The notes below the pieces were generated by a model that made no database searches, was not told the DNA's origin, and saw only the letters and a list, made by a program, of their open reading frames with translations. From assembly GCA_021773195.1 (NCBI GenBank), contig JAJFKN010000004.1, positions 8,605 through 72,604 on the forward strand: a stretch of DNA of 64,000 bases, read 5' to 3'. The stretch is from Gammaproteobacteria bacterium (lineage in GTDB: Bacteria > Pseudomonadota > Gammaproteobacteria > JAKBBU01). A program made the translations under genes and the position numbers. Shown here piece after piece: positions 42,701 through 51,700 of the stretch (positions within the stretch are counted from its first letter, which is position 1; the number at the start of each line of letters is the position of its first letter).

Positions 42701-45700
42701 CACCTTTGAAGCCAATGGGTTATACCGAGGGCTCATACGCTTTAATATGCGAGAAAATGCAGAATCTCCTGTGGTTATGACGGCCTATAGCGCTTTAGAA
42801 AGTATAAGGTTTGAATATCCTGATCTTTATGCCTACATCGTGCGTGCTATTCATTTTGGCGAGATAACTCTATTAGCCTCCTACAATATTGGTGGGGATA
42901 ATGTGGGTTTTTGTGGCATGAATCAAGAGCTAACAAATTACACCATTCGCAGCGAGTTTGGTCGTTTTCCATTAGGCCCACGTTTTATTCACCTTAATAC
43001 CTGTTATGGTATTGGTTTGTGTAAATCTAACCTGGCCCATGAGATAGTGCAGACTATGCTATATAGTGAGCGGGAACTATTCTTTGGGGAAAATACAGCA
43101 AGCTCCACTGGCCATGGGCCAAACGAAATGGCCGCAAGGGCCAGATTGCATGGGGAAATGAGCGCATACCTGCGGCATAAATGCCCTGATCTAGTGCATT
43201 TAAAATATTTAGATGGCGTTTTAGATAGAGATGTCCTTAAAATGGCGTCGCAGCTGATAGAAGGCGAAAGTTATATGCTCGAGCCTTTCCTCAGTTATTT
43301 GCGTTCAGACGTAATGGGACTGTTTGAAGGCGAAGGACCATTAGCACATCTCGCTAACGAATCATTTATGGAAAGAATTTCACATGCCTTGCAAAAATGT
43401 GAATTAAGGTTCCTTCTTAAACCTGATAACTATGGCAAGTTTGATTTCAGCTTCATTCTAAATGAATTGAGTGGGAATGATGTTGAACTATTTGTGCAGC
43501 ATATGGAAGAATCAGGTATCGAAAACTTATTCTGGGACGAAGCATTCTGCTGCCTGCAGCAATCTCGGGTGGAAAACAGCGGCCTCATAAAATATTTCCC
43601 CGAAAGTTTACATGCCATTGAAAGTGGGGTAGAGCGTTGCTGTGAAACACAGTCAGACCGTTTAAGATCCACTTATAGCACTGAAAAGACTAAAACTATA
43701 GAGCCCGTAAAAGTTAAGATTGGTGAACAGGAAGTGGCTTTAACTTCTGAATCGGACCTTATTCTATCTGATAATGGTTCTTCCTCACAGGATGCTCCAG
43801 CTGAAAAAGTAAAAGCCTGTATTAAACACGAGATTCGAGTAATGGCTGATTTAATGAAAGCTCAGCTCGAACGCGGTCAGTTAACATTGGCTGCTGTGTC
43901 AAAGCCAGGACTACCAGCTTTTAGTCTTCATCGTTGCAATGACATTGCCACAATTCATGCTATCTCACCGCGGGGTGTATACCCACGTACAGGTGATTTA
44001 TTGCTTATCAATACTCATGGTTTAGCTATTGATCAGGTGCGTAATAATCTTTATCAGGGTGTTCACTATTATCTTGATCAGACCTTTGAATTGAGCAGAG
44101 ATCCCTATTTTAGGCAACAATTACTAAATGAGTTGTTCGCCACTAGAGATAATTCACAGGTGACATCATCTACTGAAGTTATCCACACGTCACAGCTTCA
44201 AGCTTTACGAGAAAAATGGACCCAGGGATTGCGCGATCTTTTGAGTGGTGAGAGCTTAAACTTAAGTTTAACGGGAGCAGATATTGATGACATCATGGTA
44301 GCTTTACCCACTGTCATGGAGCATAGGTTAAACCATATCAATATTTGCCTTGAACATGTTCCAGCTCAGCGTCAAGTTGCCTTTAGACGAGCCTTAATGA
44401 AATTTGAAAGAACATGGTTTAGTGAGGCTTATGGAGTAGTTGCTCTTGCACCCAGTGGCACGAATATCCCCGTGATCATGTCTAATAGCCGTAAATTTAC
44501 TAATATTCAGCTGGCAAATCTATCTGCTGAGTTTGCTTTTAAGATTGAACGCTGCAATCCGGTCAATCAAATCAATCTCAGACAACTAGAAGCTAGATAT
44601 AATGGCCCTCCATCTGGTGGATCCGGAGGCAATGGTGGGTCCAATGGACCAGGTGGGGGCGGTCCTTCAGGACCCAGTGGCCCTGGTGATGGTAAGCTAC
44701 CTAGAATTGATATATTGCCACGTGAGTCAGGTTTAATGATCCGACAAACGCAGCCGCGTACTTTTATCAAAGGACTTTTATTAGATCATGATGGCAATTT
44801 GCGTATCTTAGATGCTGATTTTCATGGTCGCTTTCGTCCTAAGCTGCGCTTTCGTTTTAATTCTGCATCGCGCTACCAGTCAGCCCTTTACACTAATCGA
44901 CCCTATCATATTTTGATTATGCGCCAGACGGGTGATCATTTTTCCTGTGAAGGACTTGAAGCCTATTGGCATCATGACTTGCGTTCGGGTCAGCCAGGAG
45001 GAGGGTACTTAGATCAAACACGGCCCTTACTGTTGCAGCCATGGGTGAAAGCAGCATTAAAAACCGTAGACTTTGGTGTCCATGCTTATTTGGCTGTGCA
45101 AGAATACCAAGACCAAATGTCGCGGCCTGATTGTTCTGGTCCCGATGAAGCTATTGCTAATACAGTTATTAAACTAGGTGCAACCCGTTATGCCATTGGC
45201 GCTATTGCAAAAGTTTGCCCCCTCATTCTCATTGGCATGGCTGCCGATAATATGCCTGATTTCAGTCATCAATCACGCTGTAAGTATCAGGAGCAAATGA
45301 TTGGTGTATTGGGACGCTATACTCGAGGCCAGATGACACATGAGGCCTTGGATGCAGCTACCCATGCCATTCGTGAAAATTATGAATTATGGCAAGAAAT
45401 CGAAGGCAATCGTCGCGCCTGGGCTTGGATCGGCAAGCCAGGCAATGCTGCTATCAGATACCTTGGTGAATTGGTGGAAAGACCTTTGCCTCAACCCCTT
45501 GCAGAAGGTTTTGCTATGGTTAGAGATGCCACTGACCATGAGCATGTGCCTGGCCAATTGATGCATGGCTTAATCAATCATACGGAACAGTCAGCTAGGC
45601 TGATATGGGGGTTTACTGTCGGGCAAGTGGAAACTTTGGTAGAAAGCGCAAAAACTAGTAGTAAAAAACTGGCGGATTTTGGCAAGTTCCTGGGAGAAAC

Positions 45701-48700
45701 CTTAGAAACAGCAGCTCTCTCACGTAGTGGATTTGGAAATGCGCAACCATCTACGTCATCTAGTCAAAGGGATAATGTTTTGGCGGAGCATCATCGCCAA
45801 CAGATGAATGCCATGGAGCGTCAGCGTAGCGAATTGTTAATGCAAAATATTGACATTCAAATTCGCAAGATTACCGGGCAAAATGCCAAGGGTTATGCCC
45901 CTAGTGAAGGAGGAACCTTTGCAGGTCGCTACTCTAGTCGTGATGGGGTAGAGGTGCGCACTAATAGCCATGGTGAATTAACCATTAAAATTGATAAAGA
46001 CTCACCCTTTGCTTTAGATCCTGATCTGAACGGCTTTTTAAGTAGCTTGGGTGCGGAAGGCACCACCAACAAAAGTGCTGATAATGAACCAAGCACAGAT
46101 AGTCCAGATAATAATTGGAGCATCGATTGGAATGATATGCCTGAAGAGGGTATTACATTCACCGATGATGAAGTGGCTGCTGCTATGCCCGCAAATAATT
46201 TTAGTGGGCAAGGTACTGGCAGTCCAATTGAGATATCAAGTATTAGAATTGGCAAGGTGGGTGATAAAGTTGCTGTAATTGCTACGGTAGCCGGCGGAGC
46301 AACTGTGTATATAGCTGCTGGAGGTGGTGAAGCAATATTCGGGTGTTCTGCTGCTTTTGGCCCAGCCTTTTGGTCCAGCTTAGCATTAGGTGCTGCTGTG
46401 GTGGGTGCTGTAGCTGCTGTTCTTTTAACAGCACGTTACTTATATAAGCATCATTTAGAAAAAATCCAATCAAAGGTTGAAAAATTTGCTAAGTATACGG
46501 GTAGAGACCAAACCTTTATTAATGGTCAGTTTAGGAGTTTAATCGGTCATGTTAATGCAGGCAATCGGACATTAGAGCAACAGATTGCTGAGGCCAATCA
46601 TCTCGCCCGTGACCTTAATGAAAAGATTGCCCTTGAGACGGATCGTGGTACCGAATTAAGAGGAAATAAGCGTCCGGAAGATGCTAATGAGCACTTCAAA
46701 GCTTCGCGTGATTACCACATTCGTATGCAGAATTTACGTGTGATTCAGTCTGATCTTCAGCAAAGAAAAATTCAGTTGGGTTTTGAGAAAAAAAATGAGG
46801 GCAAGTCTGCCCAGGAGCTGCTGGATTTAGCTAAGCTACTCACTTCAAAGCCTTCTTATACGTCACATGACCATGCGCAAATTGATGGTGTACGTGCTTT
46901 GATCTTGAGGAAAGCTCAAGGATTGTTGCGTGAAGGTGATATTCTAGAGCTTAATGGATTATTAGAAGGTGCTTCTGCATTAACATTCTTCAAGCCAGGC
47001 AATGCAAAGCCGCTCACTTTCAATAAAGGCATGGGGAAAATTGATAAAAATACCATGGGTGATATTACCACCATCAATAGAAAGATAATCGCCATTAATG
47101 GTGTTATATCATCAGGCGGCAATCCTTTGCCCCTAATTGATGATTTGATCGACCATATTATGAACCGCGAAAATGTTCAAGCAAATTGGGATGAACGCAA
47201 AGGCAATCGACATGATCTAAATGATAAAGATCCATCTTATGTGTCATGTCAACAATGGGTTGCCAGAGATAAAGCCTTCAGTACCTTTTTAAATAAGTTG
47301 ATTAAGCTCAAAAACGCATACCAACAGGGCAATAAAGCTTTAACCTTAGAGCTAACGGGTGTGCAAGAAATTGTAAAAGATCTTTGGGCGAACCGTAATA
47401 AACCTTATGGTCATTGGGTAAAAGAATTTAAAGGCACATTGGTTGATGAAGGCGTTGCTTTAAGTGACGAGCAAGCACTTACGCGTATATTCGCCGTGGA
47501 TCGTATCCATGAGCAAGTTTTTGCTGCAGCCTTCCAAAAGAATTTCACATTGGCTAGACAAATCGTCATGTCGTTTAGAGGTGAGCTCCCCGGAAATCAA
47601 GGCTATGAAACTAATAGGATGCTGCGAGCATTAGGCGATTTAGAGCCTTACATGGAGCAGGGTTTCCTTGGTATAGTCGAGTTTATTGGTCTCACCAAAG
47701 GAAAGGAAAAGTTATTACCAAAAGATAACTATTCGCTCAAAATAGCTAAACACATAGTATTCAGTGAGATTGTGGACTTAGCTAACCATAGAGATTTCAC
47801 TGAAGCACAGTTGAGACTCGATGAAATGGAAGGCACCCATGAAAGTCTAGCTGAAGAAGTCGCAGCCTATCGTGAACTGTTTAAAAGCTGGGATGATAGG
47901 AAAGATACCGGGTATGTGAATTGGTTGCCAGATATTGAGAGCTATTTAAAGACGGATCCAAAGAAAAGAACCGAGGTGCAAACCCGTGGTTATTTAAAAG
48001 CTCAAGGTGAAATAAAGAGTGAGTTTGTTTCCAAGCTATTGTCTGGTGATGAAGCTGGCGCAAGAGAAGTTATTCTTGTGTTACGTAAAGCGGATGAGGG
48101 TAATTCATCCCAGCATGATGAACTTTTATCTATGGCAGGTCGTCTTGCTCCCATGTTTGCAAATAATGCGAGCAATGAAGACTGTCTACTTTATATATCA
48201 GGTTTACAATCTACTAAAACAGAAGACAGATCCCTAGTTTATGGTGATGAGCTTAGAATAGTTGAAAATTATTTAGTTGCTCGTGCCATGGGCCAAGTGA
48301 TGTCTGGTGAAACTGAAGCCGGAATTCATCTACTTGAAAACATTGAACAGACAGATCGTTCTGCATCCCCTCGAATTAGAAGCCTTCTTTCCATGATTCA
48401 ATCCTGGGAAAGATATGCGTCGGGCGATGAATATACAGCCTTTAGTATCATTGCCAATAACCGAATTAAGCTGGGTGTAGAGAAAACCGAACGTGACAAC
48501 TATGATCTTATGTGGGCGAAGAGTCGCGTTATGGGGGCCTATAAAAGCAAATTGTTTGCGGCCGATTCTAATGGCGTGGAGGAGATATTAAGCTTTTATA
48601 GAGACGCAGACCCTGCTAGCTTGACAAAGATTAACAAGCTAGCAGTGATTGCAGAGCGTTTGATGCCTAAGATAGATGCTAATGTCCCATTCAGGGATTG

Positions 48701-51700
48701 GATTGAGGATATAAGAGCCTTACAAGCATCGGATGTGGATGGCTCTAATGAAGACGAAATACAATACATTGAAGATTTCGTTGTAGTTAAAGCTACGGGT
48801 CTGTTGATGGCAAGACCAGCATTAGTTGCAGATGTATTTGCACAGTTGTCAAACCTAAGGCCAGATTCAGCGGAACGATTTAAGAAATTATCTGCCTCAT
48901 TCCAAGAGCTCTTTGATAAACGTTTCGATATGAAATATTGCATTGAGTATTTAAATGGCCATAGAAATAAACCAATGGCTAACTTAGCGGAAGGAGACAG
49001 AATTGCACTGAGTGTCATGAAAAGCATAGTCATGGGGCAGGTAGTTGCTAAAATTTGTTCTGATGATCCTGATGGTGCTACAGATCTATTATTTGAGTAT
49101 TGTCAGGCTGTATATGGTAATGAAGGTGAAGAGGGTAGAGTCATAAATATGACACTTAGCTTCTTATCCAGACAGAATCTAAAGGATTCAGAGTTTTGGT
49201 TTCAAGAGTTAGATGCAGTGTTAACCAAATTGCCAGGCGAGCGTAATGAGTTAGAAAAGGCCGTTTACGATTTGAGCTATGGTGTATTAATGCGTCAGGC
49301 CCACGAAGCGTTGGCCAGCAATAAAGGAGATGAAGCTAAAGCAATTTTTGCTAAGTTAAAAGAGAAAGATCCAGCCAATGCACCGTTGATGATTGCATTA
49401 ATTGAGCAGGGCAGAGGAACATCTAACGCAGTTATCGATCGCAATGATGAAACAGCCAGCTTAAGTTTGTTACGCCGTTTAAAGCAAGAAGAGGAAACGA
49501 GACAATATGAGAGAAAAGCCAAAGAACAATCCGTTGACGAAGATGAGATAGAAAGCGAACAAAATGCAGAGGGTCAAAAGCAGAAAGATGTCCTCAGTCG
49601 AGCTCAATTTCTCTCTACCCTTGCCGCGTTAAGCCAACGTTGTTCTGATTTAGCTAAAGCAGGATATGTAGGACGTGCAGCTCATTTGCAGCAAGAAATG
49701 GCTGATGAAGGTTTAATTGTCCTAGGTGAAGCAGATCAAAAGCAACTGGCCGATGCATTTTTTCAACATAATAATCAAGTATTGGGTGCAATACTCCGGC
49801 CTGTGATGGAAACCTTAAGTGCAGCTGTGCAAGGTATGGAACCAGGAGCTGCTCGTATATTTATGCGAGGCTTATTGGAAAGCTTGGATATAGCACAAAT
49901 AGCTGGTATTAATGCGGCCACTGTGGCTCTATCCTGTGTGGGGGACAGCTGTACGGTTGGGAGACATTGGGGAAATTTTGCTGATACCTTCATGAAGGAT
50001 ATTAACAGTATCACTGATTTAGCTCATGGTGAGCTTCCCACCCTAAATGGTAGCCTGATATTAGCTCAAGTCTTATTAAAAGCTATGCAATACGCGCCTA
50101 TTGAACGGCTTTTCCCTGCTAGACTGGAGCCCTATCGTCCTAGTTTTCTTACCAAACAAAATACTCTTTGGGCCGGCAGTAAAGGTGTTCAATCAACTTT
50201 GCTTTATCAAGCGGGCTGTAAATTATTAGAGAAAGAAATTGGCTATGGTGTGGCTGCATTTTCTTTATTGCCATTTGTTAATTTAGGATTTGACTTTTCC
50301 TCGTGGGGCTACGATAAATTTTGGCAACACCAAGGCCAAGCCATTGAGACAACGGATCATTACAAGCCAAGTACCGCTCGAGCAGCTGCAAACGGTGCAG
50401 TATTAACCTGTGCTGTAACACAATTAACTATTGGTATGGCTGGTGCTGTGGCTTGGCCTGTGACAATGGGTGTGGTTGCCTTCAGTTGTTACAATATTTA
50501 TTCAAGTCTCAGTAACACACAGCATCAGGCCGCTTTATCGGCAATGCAGGCCAGTCTTGCCAATATTTTTTATTTTGGCAGTCTACGTGCATTTATGGAT
50601 TATATGGTGCAAGCACCCATCCAATTAGTTAAAGAGGCTTTGACAAATGATCAGGTAAAATTAGTAAAAGAAGGCCAGGCCATATTTATACAAAAAGATG
50701 GGGACGATTACTCGCTCTATATCATGCCCCAGGAGCAGGGTATATTTAAGTCGCTATGGAATAGCTTACCCGTTGTGGGTAGCAAGAACTCGGATTATAT
50801 TCGGATGACCCTGACTAAACATAAGGGGCTAATCTCATCTGACTTTTTCGATTCTGATGCTGAAGGGGCAAATGAAATTTCCATGAAGCGTCGCAATAGT
50901 TTACTGCGTCGCATTGTCTTGGCCCATATGTTACCCATCTTATGTGCTGATTCCTTTATTTCAACTTATATAAGTCGCTATTTAGGTAATATTTTCTCTT
51001 CTTTATTGACTGATTTTCATACCCGTCCTGTGACAGCGGATTATACCGGGCGCTGTATTTTCCGGTTATTACCTGAGGAGCCTAGCTCTGATGACCTAGG
51101 AAAAGTTGAGAATGGCTCTGAAATTATTTTAGCACGGATTAGAAAAGATAATTCTGTTACAGAATCTACTACTCCAGAACAAGAGTCAGTAGATGAACAA
51201 ACCCAGAGTCCATGTGAGTGCGAGTATTTTATTTACTTAAAGGCTGTTTCAGAGGTCGGAGCTGGTCACTTGAAGTGTTCTATACCCAGTGGTTATGAAG
51301 AAGTATTTGACTTGTTAAGGGACCGCAACGCATTAGTGTTAGGTCAGGATAATTTATATTATCCTGAAGTGGTTATTTTAGCTTCTACCACTTATATGCG
51401 CGCGCGAATTGACTTAAGTCTCTCTAAGATGCGTTCCACCTTAACCGCCACATTTTCTGATATGAGTTTTGAACATAGCAAAACTCTGCCTGATGGTAGA
51501 ATCTCAGCCAATGATATGCGGCGCATTCACCTGAGTTTACGGATCCAAGAAGCTTATGCCCGCAAGGCTTTTGATGAAATGTTGGCACTTACAGAACTGT
51601 GTCAAGGAGGCAAGTTTGTCAAAGATGGGTATGAAATTCCTGTCTTAGACATGTGGCAACTCCTTGTCTTCAATCGTTTGCGTTTTTATGCGGAAACAAG

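Noticed and set aside
44600-44700. RTX/MARTX glycine repeats in the giant protein
   Set aside because: The sequence is a Gly/Pro/Ser linker without GGxGxDxLx nonapeptides, and no T1SS genes are adjacent.
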